From NCBI GenBank assembly GCA_963806185.1, contig CAWDXE010000008.1:57639-121638 (forward strand): a stretch of 64,000 bases of DNA, written 5' to 3'. The translations under genes and the position numbers were made by a program. Under the pieces are notes generated by a model. The model did not search any database and had not been told where the DNA came from. It worked only from the letters and a program-made list of their open reading frames with translations. Position 1 is the first letter of the stretch; the number at the start of each line of letters is the position of its first letter. Below are positions 1 through 10,730 of this stretch, one piece after another. This DNA is from an uncultured candidate division Zixibacteria bacterium. Lineage in GTDB: Bacteria; Zixibacteria; MSB-5A5; GN15; FEB-12.

Positions 1-1382
1 TTCCTGTCCGTCTGCGTCGTATATCCCACGTAGCCGCGTACGTTGAGTCGACTGCCCCGATATCTCGCTTCAAGCCGACTCCGTTGGCGATCCGCATCCC
101 CATCTTCGCCCGGCTCGAACTTCCGTGCCCGCCGCCCTTCTGTCTCCACCTTCAGGGCCACTTGCCGGGAGAGATCGCGGCTGACACCTGCTGATATTTC
201 CAGCAACGATGTATCCCGATTGAATGCCCCATACGCCAAACCCACGTCCAGACGCCAATCGTCAATCGGTTCCGTCGCAAACTTGATGATCCCGCCGCTC
301 TGGCCCGCGCGACGCGTCGTGCCCGTGAATGCAGTTTCCTCGTCTGTCCAGTCGCGGTAGACCCGCATCGCCTTGCTTCCACCTGTCAGGTCCGAGTACT
401 TGTCACTGTATGCCCAGCCGGCGAGCCTGATATCCCCCCACGCCCCGCGCTGACTTCCTTCGACTACGCCACTGATCGATGACGAGTGCTCTTCTCCCTG
501 ACCTGCCAACTCTGCCTCAATTGCCCCCGAGCGGTGTAGCCACCGCACATTTAGCCCAAGGGAACTGATCGTTGAATGTCCATCCGTCGATCTGTTCCTC
601 AAGCGCGTGACACTCGCCAGTACCGACGGCTGAATGCCCTTCCGCTGCATTGTCGCGACACCCGCTGCTGTGCTGATCGCATACCCGGTGTCCCGCACCT
701 GTGACACCAGCCCTTTCCACAGCACTCCACCCGACTTCCCCTCTGCCAGCACACCGTTGTAACCCCCATTATCCGGATACAACCAGGACTCCCCGCTTAT
801 CCTCGCTTCATAGTCCAGCAGTTTGCCGCGATGGCCGATCACCGTCCCCAAACCAAACCGCCCGGTAAATCCACCCACGACCACTCTGCGAAGCTGTCCT
901 TCGGCATGTCGATACTCCAGATTCCGCTGCGTTATTCGCTCGCGCCCGGAGTATTCCCGCTGCACCTGCAACCGCGCAAACCAGCGATCGTCAAGGGACA
1001 GTCGCACCGAAGTCCGGTACCGACTCCGCTTTTCACCGTTCGCCTCAACTCCGGCTCGGTGTGAGATAAGGCCGCCCCACCCATGCGCATCTGGCGCAGT
1101 CAACGCAAATGGCCGGACCTGATCCGCCGTTAGCAGGTCAAGCGTGTCGTCCGGCTGTCGCAGCGCCAGGTTCGGGATATCATCGAACAGATACGTCTCC
1201 CACGGCGTGACGCCAAACGCCAGACACTCCAGCAATATCAGGTATTGCTGGTAATCAATCTCCCCTTCGCGCCATGCCTCGTATACTTCGTCTTCCGAGG
1301 AAAGCACGACTGACGATAATTCCTGCCCCATGCCGGCACCCGCCAGCAGGAACATCATGATGACAACGCCCGTGTAGCGCAC
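1..1382 (-). CDS. Secreted/outer-membrane hypothetical protein, 3' end outside window
   Basis: Manual translation of the N-terminal part from GTG at 1382, 8 nt after the upstream gene's stop: MRYTGVVIMMFLLAGAGMGQELSSVVLSSEDEVYEAW..., signal-peptide-like. Absent from the ORF track, presumably because the frame runs off the window. Confidence 0.7.
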   Translation of the reverse strand, partial: MRYTGVVIMMFLLAGAGMGQELSSVVLSSEDEVYEAWREGEIDYQQYLILLECLAFGVTPWETYLFDDIPNLALRQPDDTLDLLTADQVRPFALTAPDAHGWGGLISHRAGVEANGEKRSRYRTSVRLSLDDRWFARLQVQREYSGRERITQRNLEYRHAEGQLRRVVVGGFTGRFGLGTVIGHRGKLLDYEARISGESWLYPDNGGYNGVLAEGKSGGVLWKGLVSQVRDTGYAISTAAGVATMQRKGIQPSVLASVTRLRNRSTDGHSTISSLGLNVRWLHRSGAIEAELAGQGEEHSSSISGVVEGSQRGAWGDIRLAGWAYSDKYSDLTGGSKAMRVYRDWTDEETAFTGTTRRAGQSGGIIKFATEPIDDWRLDVGLAYGAFNRDTSLLEISAGVSRDLSRQVALKVETEGRRARKFEPGEDGDADRQRSRLEARYRGSRLNVRGYVGYTTQTDR

Positions 1383-1390
1383 GACTGCCG

Positions 1391-2818
1391 CTAATTCAGT
1401 TTATACCTGGTCAGCTTGCGATATAATGTCCGCTCGCCAATGCCGAGCTTGCGAGCGGTGAGTTTGCGATTGCCTCTATTGTCGCGAAGTACCTTTTCGA
1501 TCAAGGCACGTTCCATCGCCTCCATACTTGTCTCGTCACCCTGCGCCGGGACCACCACGTCTGTCCCGATCGACCCCTCGCTCGGCAAGTGGGCCGTTAT
1601 CAGATCGCGCAAAAGACGAACTTCATTCCCCAACGACAAAATTGCCCGGTAGATCAATTCCTGCCCGGCCTCTTCCACCGAACGTCCGGTCGCCACTGGT
1701 ACATTCGACGCCACCGCATGCTGCTCGGTGACGAATCTTTCCACATCGTCAATCTCCACCAATGCCCCCGGCTTGAGCGCCGCCATCCGGGTGGCGAAAT
1801 TGCGCAGTTGCCGTACGTTGCCCGGCCAGTCGTAGCGCGAAAGTGTTTCCAGCGCCGAATCGGTGATGCTTATCTTGGTCTCACGCCAGAAATGCTGTAA
1901 GAGCGCCGGAATGTCTCCCCTCCGCTCATACAATGACGGCAACACCAGCTTCACGACACTGATTCTGAAATAGAGATCCTCCCGAAACTGCCGCTCGGCG
2001 ATTGCCTCCGTCAAATCGCGGTTGGTCGCCGCTACGACCCGGACGTTGGCGCGACGGGGTGTCGACGACCCCACCGGATAGTACGTCCCATCCTCGAGCA
2101 CCCGCAAAAGCTTCACTTGCGTGTCGGTCTTGGTTTCGCCGATCTCGTCGAGAAAAACCGTGCCTCCCTCGGCTTTGAAAAACAACCCCTCTCGCTTGGC
2201 TACCGAACCGGTGAACGCACCCTTCTCATGACCGAACAACTCGGATTCGAGCACTCCTTCAGCGAGCGCCCCGCAGTTGATCGCCACAAACGGATGCGAG
2301 CGACGGCCGGAGTCATTGTGCAACGCCCGCGCCACCAGCTCCTTACCCGAACCCGAGGCCCCCACAATCATCACCGATATGTCGGTCGGCGCCACCCGCT
2401 GGATCGTGCGGGCAATCCCCTTGATCTGCGACGATCGGCCAACTATTTGGTAACGATCCAGCAAGTCCTTGTCGTCGAGAATCTGATGAATTCGCTTGTC
2501 AATTCCCTCCTGGCCGACGTCGCGCGATATGATACCGTCGATAAATTCCCGGCGACTCTCGGGCACCGTCTGTGCCGACACCAGCCAGATTTCCGTCAGC
2601 CCGTGTGAACGGCGCAGCTTGGCCGCAACCGTGGCATTGATCTCCACACGGAGCTCGTCGACCAGAATCAGGTCCACCCGCCGCTCTCGCACCGTCTGAT
2701 ACAGTTCCGACAGCTCGGTCACCACCGGGCCCAATTCGGCCCATGCGATTTCCCGCTCCGACTTTCCCTGTTCGTTGGTGAATACGATGATCCTTGTGCG
2801 GCCGCTTGACTGACTCAC
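1391..2818 (-). CDS. Sigma54-dependent enhancer-binding transcriptional regulator (AAA+ plus Fis-type HTH), atypical N-terminus
   Basis: Walker [23 protein letters not shown] (GAFTGS variant of GAFTGA), [24 protein letters not shown]-terminal [19 protein letters not shown]. Confidence 0.95.
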   Translation of the reverse strand: MSQSSGRTRIIVFTNEQGKSEREIAWAELGPVVTELSELYQTVRERRVDLILVDELRVEINATVAAKLRRSHGLTEIWLVSAQTVPESRREFIDGIISRDVGQEGIDKRIHQILDDKDLLDRYQIVGRSSQIKGIARTIQRVAPTDISVMIVGASGSGKELVARALHNDSGRRSHPFVAINCGALAEGVLESELFGHEKGAFTGSVAKREGLFFKAEGGTVFLDEIGETKTDTQVKLLRVLEDGTYYPVGSSTPRRANVRVVAATNRDLTEAIAERQFREDLYFRISVVKLVLPSLYERRGDIPALLQHFWRETKISITDSALETLSRYDWPGNVRQLRNFATRMAALKPGALVEIDDVERFVTEQHAVASNVPVATGRSVEEAGQELIYRAILSLGNEVRLLRDLITAHLPSEGSIGTDVVVPAQGDETSMEAMERALIEKVLRDNRGNRKLTARKLGIGERTLYRKLTRYKLN

Positions 2819-2820
2819 CT

Positions 2821-5049
2821 TTACTTCTTCTTTCTCAAACGGCGCACGGCGCGCTCCGCCTTGCGGCGAGCCTTCCGCTCGTTCACCATGCGCGTCCGCT
2901 CCTGCTTGGTCGGCTTCGGGATCTTCACCGCCTGCTTCTTGAGTACCTCAGGCAAGTACAGATCAATCTCGCTCTGCACCGTGTCCACTTTCAGCACGCC
3001 CACGCGAACGGCGTCACCCAATCGGAATGATCGCTTCCCCCGCCGTCCGAAAATCCGGTAATTGGGCTCATCGTACACATAGTAATCGTCGTCAATCGTC
3101 GATACCCGGACCAGTCCCTCGACCCCCATCTTGGACAGGCGAACAAAGAACCCGTACGGCATCACTCCCGACACCACACCGTCATACTCCTCGCCGAGAT
3201 GATTCGCCATGTAGGCTGCCTGCTTCACCTTCACCGCCTGCCGCTCGGCTTCCTCTGCCGCTCTTTCCGTCTCCGAGCAGTGCACACCCACGTGGTCGAT
3301 GACACCATCGATTCGCCTGGCATACGTCGCCGGGTAACTCCCCTTCCGCCCCTTGCGCAACAGCCGGTGTACCAGGAGGTCCGGATACCGGCGTATCGGC
3401 GACGTAAAATGCGCGTAATGCGTAAACGCCAACCCGAAATGCCCGATATTCACCCGCTGATAAACCGCCTTCTTCATGGAGCGAAGCATCAGCTCGTTGA
3501 TGAAATCCGACTCCGGCGTATCTTCCAGCTTCTTGAGGAAGCGGGCAAAGTGAATTGGCTTCAGATTCGGTGACACCGGGAAACTGTGTCCGAAGCGCTC
3601 GACGAGGGCCGAAAAACCCTCGAGTTTGTCCAGCGCCGGTTTGTCGTGGACACGGTAAAGAAAGGACAGCCCCTTGCGGAATTGCTCCAGCGCCACCGCC
3701 TTGTTCGCCGCCAGCATGAACTCTTCGATCAGCCGGTGTGACTCCAGTCGCACCCGACGTCCCAGATCAATTACCTCGCCTCGCTCATTCATGACAATCT
3801 TCGATTCCGGCAAATCGAAATCGAGCGACCCCTCCGCAAACCGCCGACTGGTGAGAATAGTCGCCAGTTCACGTGCGAGCACAAGACTGTCCGCGATCGG
3901 TTTTGTCTTTGGCGTCATCGCCCCCGTGTCAAAAAACCCCTGCACCTCTTCGTAACTCAGCTTCGCTCGCGACTCAATCACCGTATCCGCCAACCCCCAG
4001 CGGAGCATCTTTCCTTTCGTGTCAAACTCCATGGTACAGGTAAACGCCAACCGCCGTCGATCCGGCCGCAGCGAACACACATCGTTCGAAAGAATCTCCG
4101 GCAGCATCGGCACTACCGTGCCCGGCAGATACACCGAGTTGCCGCGGTCAAACGCCTCCGTGTCCATCGCCGTGCCTTCCAGCACGTATGCCGACACGTC
4201 GGCAATATGCACACCGAGACGATAACCAACCGACGTTCGCGCAATCGATATGGCGTCATCGTGGTCCTTGGCGTCCTCCGGATCAATCGTGTACACGATC
4301 TCTTTCGTCAGATCGACTCGCCCTTCCGGAATCTCGCTCAAATCCGCAGCCGCCGCGGCCTGTTCTGCTTCGTTCAGCACCTCCACCGGAAATGTCTGCG
4401 GCAAGTCATATGTCCGCATCACCGTCAGCATGTCCACACCCGGATCGTTGGGGTATCCGAGAATCTCGGTGATCCGCCCGATCGGATTCAGGTGCGGGTC
4501 GTCCCATTCCAGAAACTCTGCGACTACTTTCTGCCCCTCCTTCGCGTCCAGCGTATCATTCTCCATGAGATAGATATCGCGATGAATTCGCGGATTGTCG
4601 GGCACCACATACCGGAACTCGCGTGAACTCTTAAACAGCCCGACAATCAGCCGCTTGGCCCGTTCGATGACCCGCACGATCTGCCCGCGCTGACGACCGT
4701 TGATCTGGCCGTTCATTCGCACCATCACCTTGTCGCCATCCATAGCCGTGTGAAGATCAAACGACGGGATCAGGATGTCTTCCTCCACCCCTTCGCGCAC
4801 CAGAAAACCGGTTCCCGACCGCGTCATCTCCAGTTTGCCGATGACCACATTCAGCTCCCGCGACTGACCAATGCGTCCCCGTTTAAGGTGCACCAGTTCG
4901 CCTTCATCTATTAGCTGTTTGACCGTCTTCCGAAATTGGGGGTAGTCCTCGCTGGATATCTCCAACGCGGCGGCCAACTCCTTGAGTCGCATCGGATGGC
5001 CGGCTTTGGCGGAGATAACGCGTAAGATAGTCTTGGGATCCATGTGCAT
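2821..5049 (-). CDS. rnr: Ribonuclease R
   Basis: RNB motifs TIDPEDAKDHDDAIS, VHIADVS, IEEFMLAAN, HFTSPIRRYPDLLVHR, S1 domain and basic tail. Start probably ATG 5049 or 5043 rather than 5124. Confidence 0.95.
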   Translation of the reverse strand: MHMDPKTILRVISAKAGHPMRLKELAAALEISSEDYPQFRKTVKQLIDEGELVHLKRGRIGQSRELNVVIGKLEMTRSGTGFLVREGVEEDILIPSFDLHTAMDGDKVMVRMNGQINGRQRGQIVRVIERAKRLIVGLFKSSREFRYVVPDNPRIHRDIYLMENDTLDAKEGQKVVAEFLEWDDPHLNPIGRITEILGYPNDPGVDMLTVMRTYDLPQTFPVEVLNEAEQAAAAADLSEIPEGRVDLTKEIVYTIDPEDAKDHDDAISIARTSVGYRLGVHIADVSAYVLEGTAMDTEAFDRGNSVYLPGTVVPMLPEILSNDVCSLRPDRRRLAFTCTMEFDTKGKMLRWGLADTVIESRAKLSYEEVQGFFDTGAMTPKTKPIADSLVLARELATILTSRRFAEGSLDFDLPESKIVMNERGEVIDLGRRVRLESHRLIEEFMLAANKAVALEQFRKGLSFLYRVHDKPALDKLEGFSALVERFGHSFPVSPNLKPIHFARFLKKLEDTPESDFINELMLRSMKKAVYQRVNIGHFGLAFTHYAHFTSPIRRYPDLLVHRLLRKGRKGSYPATYARRIDGVIDHVGVHCSETERAAEEAERQAVKVKQAAYMANHLGEEYDGVVSGVMPYGFFVRLSKMGVEGLVRVSTIDDDYYVYDEPNYRIFGRRGKRSFRLGDAVRVGVLKVDTVQSEIDLYLPEVLKKQAVKIPKPTKQERTRMVNERKARRKAERAVRRLRKKK

Positions 5050-5293
5050 GTCAAAAACATACGGGCCAACTTCCTGCCCGTCAACGGAAATCGTAACTGA
5101 CCGGCCAAAATGGCATAGTGACAAATAGTGACAATGCGCCCGGTCTGCCGCCGGCTATTCCGCTTTGCCTAGAACTATTCATGGACATTATCGGTACAAA
5201 TATTCCATATTGCCCATGCGGCTTCTTCGGCCGTTCGATCACCGTCTCAACCCGTTGCCCCGGATGCGGTGTGCGCTCCGGAAAGGAGTTCGT

Positions 5294-5689
5294 ATGAATC
5301 GTCAGCAAGTGTACAAGGAGATTGAAGAGGCTCTCGGCCTGGTACCGACGTTTTTCAAAAACGTCCCCGACAGCACGCTCGAACTGGAATGGCGTCTCAT
5401 GAAGACGGTCCAGATGGACGAGGGACCCGTCCCCAATAAGTACCGGGAGCTGATGGGCGTTGCCATCGCGTCCATCACCAAATGCCGCTACTGCGCTTAC
5501 TTTCACACCGAATTTGCCAAACTTAACGGCGCCACACCGGCCGAGATCGAGGACGCCATTCATTACGCTAAATCGAGCGCCGGATGGAGCGCCTACATCA
5601 ACGGCCATCAGCTCGACTTTGATCAGTTTAAGCGGGAAATCGATGGCATCTGCTCACATGCTCGCAAACAAGTGGCCGGCGCACGCTGA
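5294..5689 (+). CDS. Carboxymuconolactone decarboxylase/AhpD-like protein
   Basis: RBS AAGGAG before ATG 5294; KYRELMGVAIASITKCRYCAYFH (CxxC-xxxH) and GATPAEIEDA. Confidence 0.85.
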   Translation: MNRQQVYKEIEEALGLVPTFFKNVPDSTLELEWRLMKTVQMDEGPVPNKYRELMGVAIASITKCRYCAYFHTEFAKLNGATPAEIEDAIHYAKSSAGWSAYINGHQLDFDQFKREIDGICSHARKQVAGAR

Positions 5690-5737
5690 GATGCAGCTAC
5701 AACTCTATAATATTGTGAGAAGTCCTCAGAAAAGATT

Positions 5738-5764
5738 CGAAGCCCCGCACCGCGCGGGGCTTCG
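5738..5764. terminator. GC-rich hairpin between convergent genes (probable bidirectional terminator)
   Basis: cgaagccccgc-accgc-gcggggcttcg, perfect 11-bp stem. Confidence 0.7.
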
Positions 5765-5787
5765 CCATGAGAAGTGAGATAAGAAAC

Positions 5788-6375
5788 CTAGTGGCCGTCT
5801 TCGGCGTCATCATCATCGGTACCCGGTGCCATCGGCGCCATACCGTGCCTGCAACCACGCATCCCGCCAAGACCGTCCTTGCAGCAATCCTTGCGAAGCT
5901 CGTCGAATTTCTTCACCTGATCGGCCGTCAGCACACCCTTCATGGCCGATCTGTGTGCATAGTTGGCTTTCTGTAATTCTGCGCGAAGACGCGAGACCTC
6001 GTCGATCGCCCTATTAACTTCCGCCGTCGGCGCCTGGTCGCGCATGGACGAGGTGAGCTTGATTTCCGCTTTCTGTAGAGCGGCCCGACGGTCGATGTTT
6101 TGCACCTGATGATCGGTCATCATCGCTTTGAGCTTGTCCCGCTGTTGATCGGTCAACTGGAGCTGATCCGCAAGTTGCATCAACCCACCCGGACCGCCAC
6201 AATTGCCCATGCCTCTCATGCTCATGCCCATGCCCCGCCCCATCATGCCTTTTCCGGCATGCATGCCCGCCATCTGGCCGCCGCCCATCGCGCAGTCGTT
6301 CTTCCCCTGCTGGGCGACCAACACCAGCGGCAGCAATAACATGGCCAACGCAATGAGAATAGTAATTCGTTTCAT
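5788..6375 (-). CDS. Spy/CpxP family periplasmic chaperone
   Basis: Signal peptide, Met/Gly-rich linker, LQLTDQQ and VLTADQ (LTxxQ) motifs. Confidence 0.85.
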   Translation of the reverse strand: MKRITILIALAMLLLPLVLVAQQGKNDCAMGGGQMAGMHAGKGMMGRGMGMSMRGMGNCGGPGGLMQLADQLQLTDQQRDKLKAMMTDHQVQNIDRRAALQKAEIKLTSSMRDQAPTAEVNRAIDEVSRLRAELQKANYAHRSAMKGVLTADQVKKFDELRKDCCKDGLGGMRGCRHGMAPMAPGTDDDDAEDGH

Positions 6376-6389
6376 AAATCCTCCGCAAA

Positions 6390-7022
6390 TTAGAATTTGT
6401 CGTCGTCAAACTTCTGTTTTGTGCTGTCTTCCCGATGATCGGGCTCCGGCGCTTCCCGTTCCCGGAATCCGCGCAGTTGCTCGAGCATTTGCTGTTCGAA
6501 TCGTTCGTGGAAAATGATAAACTTGGCCCACTGGGCTCCGCTCAGTATCGCCTTGAATTGTCCCAATCGCTCCTGCCGCGCCCGCCAACTTTGCTCCTGC
6601 AAGTTGATAATGCTGTCCGCCATGGCCGTCAGAGTCTTCTCGCTGGCTTTGCTCTGCTTGATCAGATCAGCCAGCCGGCCCACCAGGTCGCGCTCTTTCT
6701 GATCATCGTCGCGCTCATCCTTGCGCATCTGCCGATACTTCGAGATGAACTGCGCCTCCTGATCCTCCTTCAAATCCAGCAGTTCGAGTAGCTTGAGCAA
6801 ACGGAACTGCTCCAAATGGCGCATCTGCCTCATGCCCGGCATCCGTCCGCCCTGGCCGGGCCCGGGCCCCTGTCGACCGCTCATCATCGGCGTGTCGGGC
6901 GCCGCCTGCGCCAGGAGCATTCCGCAGACAGCCGACGCACCAGGTGAAACACACGGTGACTGCGCTGCCGCCGTTACGCCAAACAGTAAGACCATCGCCA
7001 CCGGCAGGATGATGCCCTTCAT
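6390..7022 (-). CDS. Spy/CpxP-like periplasmic helical protein
   Basis: Signal peptide; LDLKEDQ and ILSGAQ LTxxQ-like motifs; in the ECF operon. Confidence 0.7.
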   Translation of the reverse strand: MKGIILPVAMVLLFGVTAAAQSPCVSPGASAVCGMLLAQAAPDTPMMSGRQGPGPGQGGRMPGMRQMRHLEQFRLLKLLELLDLKEDQEAQFISKYRQMRKDERDDDQKERDLVGRLADLIKQSKASEKTLTAMADSIINLQEQSWRARQERLGQFKAILSGAQWAKFIIFHERFEQQMLEQLRGFREREAPEPDHREDSTKQKFDDDKF

Positions 7023-7582
7023 AACAAATCCTCTGCCTTGAGATTGTTCTGCAAATATTCCATTTCTTCGACGGTCAAATCCTTGAGCAACCGCTCACCC
7101 GGCTCGCCCACCTTCGAGGTATAGTCATCGATCAATTGCGTAACCGTGGATTCGTCGATATCGGCATCCGACGTGTCGGTTTGCGCATACAGCGCTAAAT
7201 CGTCCGCTAAGACGACCGAATCGCCAAGCGCAATCGCCGGCGTCTGGAATTGCTGACGTCCCACCTGGTATGAGACAAACGAACTTCCCACTACCAGCAC
7301 CACCGCCGCAGCCACCTTGAGTAGTCCGCCCAGCGGCCAGCTGCGTCGCGCGACCGGTGACGTCATTCGCTTCAGGACGTCTCGCTCGATCACTAGCGCG
7401 GTATGTGAATCGGGAGCGAACTCTGCATCAGTGCCCAGCGCTTCCGATGTCCCTGCCAGCTCCTCCCACCAGCGGCGACACCAACCGCACGACGCCAAGT
7501 GCTCCTCCAGATCGGCCGGAACATCCTGCCCCACCCAGAGCAGCAGTTCATCTTGTACCTGTTCGCACGACATCATCGCCAC
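7019..7582 (-). CDS. Membrane-anchored anti-sigma factor (zf-HC2/ZAS)
   Basis: N-terminal C...EEHLASCGWC (HxxxCxxC), one TM segment, overlaps the ECF sigma gene. Confidence 0.85.
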   Translation of the reverse strand: MAMMSCEQVQDELLLWVGQDVPADLEEHLASCGWCRRWWEELAGTSEALGTDAEFAPDSHTALVIERDVLKRMTSPVARRSWPLGGLLKVAAAVVLVVGSSFVSYQVGRQQFQTPAIALGDSVVLADDLALYAQTDTSDADIDESTVTQLIDDYTSKVGEPGERLLKDLTVEEMEYLQNNLKAEDLL

Positions 7583-8133
7583 CCCTTCTCAACAGCCGTT
7601 TGCCTGAGTTTCTTGACCGCCTCACGATATAGTGTCTTCACCGTTCCCACTGCCTTCCCGGTGGCCAGTGCAATCTCTCCGAATTGCATCTGTTTGTAAA
7701 AACGCAAATCAAAGACCACCCGCTGCTGCTCCGGCAACGAGGCCATAAACGCCAGTACCTGCCGGCGCAGCCGTTCCTGGTGCATCGGCCGGTCAGCCGT
7801 CTCGCGTGCAATCAGGCTCTCCGCCGGAACCGCTTTGTCAAGCGGCACGTCGCGGCGACCCTTCTCAATCGCCGACAGCGCCTTATTGGTGGCGATCCGA
7901 TACAACCAGGTCGAAAACTTCGCCTCCTGCCGCCAGCCGGAAAGGTGCTCCCACGCACTCACAAACGTCTCCTGCGTGAGATCTTTCGCCGTCTCGCGGT
8001 CGCCGGTCATCCGATAGGTATATGCGTACACGCCATTCATCATAAGCCTCATCACTTGCGCAAAGGCGTCGCGATCGCCGCGCGCCGCCGCAATCGCCAG
8101 GGTCTCTATTCTTTCGTCCTGGTCACTGGTCAT
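7573..8133 (-). CDS. ECF RNA polymerase sigma factor
   Basis: AKDLTQETFVSAW and FSTWLYRIATN (region 2); LPEQQRVVFDLR...EIA...GTVKT (region 4). Confidence 0.93.
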   Translation of the reverse strand: MTSDQDERIETLAIAAARGDRDAFAQVMRLMMNGVYAYTYRMTGDRETAKDLTQETFVSAWEHLSGWRQEAKFSTWLYRIATNKALSAIEKGRRDVPLDKAVPAESLIARETADRPMHQERLRRQVLAFMASLPEQQRVVFDLRFYKQMQFGEIALATGKAVGTVKTLYREAVKKLRQTAVEKGWR

Positions 8134-8196
8134 AGCGCAATTGTCTGATGGAAAGACCGCCGACACCAGAAAAAGATTAATGTCCGGCCGAAGAGC

Positions 8197-8228
8197 AAAA
8201 GAAAACCCCGCGACATCGTCGCAGGGTC
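8197..8228 (-). terminator. Probable rho-independent terminator of mreB
   Basis: Imperfect GC stem (accccgcgac/gtcgcagggt) followed on the minus strand by a T-rich run. Confidence 0.55.
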
Positions 8229-8252
8229 ATAAGAGACAACAGGATAGCCGCG

Positions 8253-9281
8253 TCAGTCCTTGCGGCTCCGCTCCAGCACCTTGGTGTACTTGTTGAAATC
8301 CTCGATCACCCGCCCACAGCCGCGAACTACGCAGCACAACGGATCCTCGGCCACATTCACCGGCAGGTTGGTCTCCTGACGAAGCCGCTTGTCCAGCCCG
8401 CGCAAAAGCGCCCCTCCGCCCGTAAGCACGATTCCCCGCTCCAGAATATCCGAAGCCAATTCCGGCGGCGTCTGTTCCAGGGCCTGACGGACCGCTTCCA
8501 CTATAATGTCGAGCGTTTCGGAAAGCGCCTCGCGCACCTGAACCGAGGAAATCTTGAGATTCTTGGGCACGCCCGCCACCAGATCGCGACCCTTGATCTC
8601 CATGGAAAGTTCCTTCTCCAACGGAAACGCCGAGCCGATCTTGATCTTGATGTCCTCGGCTGTCAACTCGCCGATCAGCAGATTGTAATTCTTCTTGAGA
8701 TAGTTGATGATGGCGTCGTTAAACTCGTCGCCGGCGACACGAATGGACGTATCATTGACGATACCATTCAGAGCAATGACCGCAATCTCAGACGTTCCAC
8801 CGCCAATATCGATGATCATGATCCCCGTCGGCTGATCCACTGCCAGGCCGACGCCTATCGCCGACGCCATCGGCTCCTGGATCAAAAAGACCTCGCGAGC
8901 ACCGGCGTTTTCAGCCGAGTCGCGCACCGCGCGCTTCTCCACTTCGGTGATTCCCGACGGCACCGAAATGACCACTCGCGGCTTCATCAGATATTTGTGT
9001 TTGACCACCCGGCGGATAAAATCGGCAATCAGCTTTTCCGACATTTCAAAATCAGCGATCACGCCGTCTTTGAGCGGTCGAATTGCCTCGATGCCACCAG
9101 GCGTACGCCCGGTCATCTCCTTGGCCGCTGACCCGATCGCCAGTATCTTGCCGGAGCTCTTTTCCACCGCCACTACCGAGGGTTCATTGAGAATGATCCC
9201 TTGGTTCAAGACATAGACCAGTGTATTGGCGGTGCCAAGGTCTATGCCGATATCGTTGGATAGAAAATCAAAGAATCCCAA
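8253..9281 (-). CDS. mreB: Rod shape-determining actin homolog MreB
   Basis: IGIDLGTANT, IRPLKDGVIADF, DIGGGTSE, LTGGGALLRG. Confidence 0.97.
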   Translation of the reverse strand: MGFFDFLSNDIGIDLGTANTLVYVLNQGIILNEPSVVAVEKSSGKILAIGSAAKEMTGRTPGGIEAIRPLKDGVIADFEMSEKLIADFIRRVVKHKYLMKPRVVISVPSGITEVEKRAVRDSAENAGAREVFLIQEPMASAIGVGLAVDQPTGIMIIDIGGGTSEIAVIALNGIVNDTSIRVAGDEFNDAIINYLKKNYNLLIGELTAEDIKIKIGSAFPLEKELSMEIKGRDLVAGVPKNLKISSVQVREALSETLDIIVEAVRQALEQTPPELASDILERGIVLTGGGALLRGLDKRLRQETNLPVNVAEDPLCCVVRGCGRVIEDFNKYTKVLERSRKD

Positions 9282-9503
9282 GCCGAAGTCCTTTAGTGCC
9301 TTAGCGTCCTGCTGCGCGGTTCTCTCCCCACCCGGTGAACCAGACTCGGGTTAGTTTAGTAGGTATCACTCTGCAAGGCAACTAAAATCCACCGTTCCAG
9401 TACTCCATTTGGACATTATTCGTTTGCCCAACCGAATGCCCGGTAAGAATTTCCTCCCAGCCGCCGATACCTGTCATCATAGCTTGATTCCGGGACTAGA
9501 TAT

Positions 9504-9908
9504 ATGGCATTCATCGTCTGGCAGGGCAATTTCTCGACCAACGTACCTCAAATCGACGATCAGCACAAAACTCTGATCGCTTTGATCAATCGTCTGGAAA
9601 GATCCGCCGCCTCTGAGTCCGAAGGCGAGGAAATCGCCGTGGTCCTCACCGAACTCGTTCAATACACCAGGAAACACTTTGCCGACGAAGAGCGCTACAT
9701 GCGTCATATTAATTATGCCGGCTTTGACCGACACAAGAAGCTGCATGGAGAGCTTATCAATAGCGTGGTCGACATACTCCAGCGCCTCAAGGCCGACCGT
9801 GATCTCAGTGCCTTCGAATTGCTCTCCTTCCTCAAAGACTGGCTGATCAACCACATCCTTGCCGAAGATCGCAAGATCGGCCGCGCCACTGTCATCGACG
9901 CCCGCTAA
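9504..9908 (+). CDS. Bacteriohemerythrin
   Basis: IDDQHKTL, HFADEERYM, HKKLH and WLINHILAED di-iron ligand motifs. Confidence 0.92.
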   Translation: MAFIVWQGNFSTNVPQIDDQHKTLIALINRLERSAASESEGEEIAVVLTELVQYTRKHFADEERYMRHINYAGFDRHKKLHGELINSVVDILQRLKADRDLSAFELLSFLKDWLINHILAEDRKIGRATVIDAR

Positions 9909-9933
9909 TCCTACCCAACCATTCGAGCTCCAG

Positions 9934-10713
9934 TTATCTCGGGAAAAACAAGGCGCCGGCGTCCTGCAGGAAGTGGGCGATTATGCAGGGCCAGAGCGAC
10001 CCGGTGCGAAGGTACAAGAGTGAGAACATCAAACCGTATATTGATATGACCACCAACCCCGGCAAACCTTGATACGTGTGACAGATGCCAAACGCCAGCG
10101 CCGACACCAGGGTCGGAATTAACCATGATTTGAATTTGAACACCAACCGAAGACGCGTCATCAGGTAGCCGCGGAACGCTATTTCCTCACAAAACCCGGC
10201 CGTCATCGCCACCACTACCCAGACCACTTTGCCGATGGCCCCCTCAGGGATCATCAATCCCAATTCTCCGGGCATAGGATAGCCGATTTGCGCCAGCCCC
10301 CACGCGACCCCGGAGAGAAGCAGGTTAGCCACCAAGAGAAACGCAACCGCATACAACAGCCAGATCCCGCGCCACTCGCCCAGACCCACACCACGCAGTC
10401 CGGTCTTCTCGACATACGTGCCGCTGAAATTGACGGCGAATATGCTCCATTGTAGAATCACCGTCGCGATCAACATGATCAGCAGCAGCGGCTGCGTCAG
10501 GTCTTTCAGCAATTTCATCGGGTCTTCACCCGTGCCAATGGCCGAAATGCCCGGATATATGACTGCCAGTAAAATGAGATTGGCCCAAGTCAGCCAGGAA
10601 GTGCGAAAATCGGCGTTGCCCGTGTCGTATCTGAATTGAGCGTGAGCCGGTTGAGTGTCAATCGGCAGGACCGGATCGGAATCCGGTAGCGGATATCGTG
10701 AGTACTGATCCAG
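9934..10713 (-). CDS. CPBP (CAAX/Abi) family intramembrane metalloprotease
   Basis: AGFCEEIAFRGYL, FGICHTYQG, IIAHFLQD. Frame stays open upstream of ATG 10518 to a CTG at 10713 and adds a TM segment; start uncertain. Confidence 0.85.
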   Translation of the reverse strand: MDQYSRYPLPDSDPVLPIDTQPAHAQFRYDTGNADFRTSWLTWANLILLAVIYPGISAIGTGEDPMKLLKDLTQPLLLIMLIATVILQWSIFAVNFSGTYVEKTGLRGVGLGEWRGIWLLYAVAFLLVANLLLSGVAWGLAQIGYPMPGELGLMIPEGAIGKVVWVVVAMTAGFCEEIAFRGYLMTRLRLVFKFKSWLIPTLVSALAFGICHTYQGLPGLVVISIYGLMFSLLYLRTGSLWPCIIAHFLQDAGALFFPR

Positions 10714-10730
10714 GAGGGTTCTTCCTTGAG

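Noticed and set aside
5115..5134. Tandem ATAGTGACAA x2 between rnr and the CMD gene
   Set aside because: Could be an operator but is too short and unreplicated to support a call.
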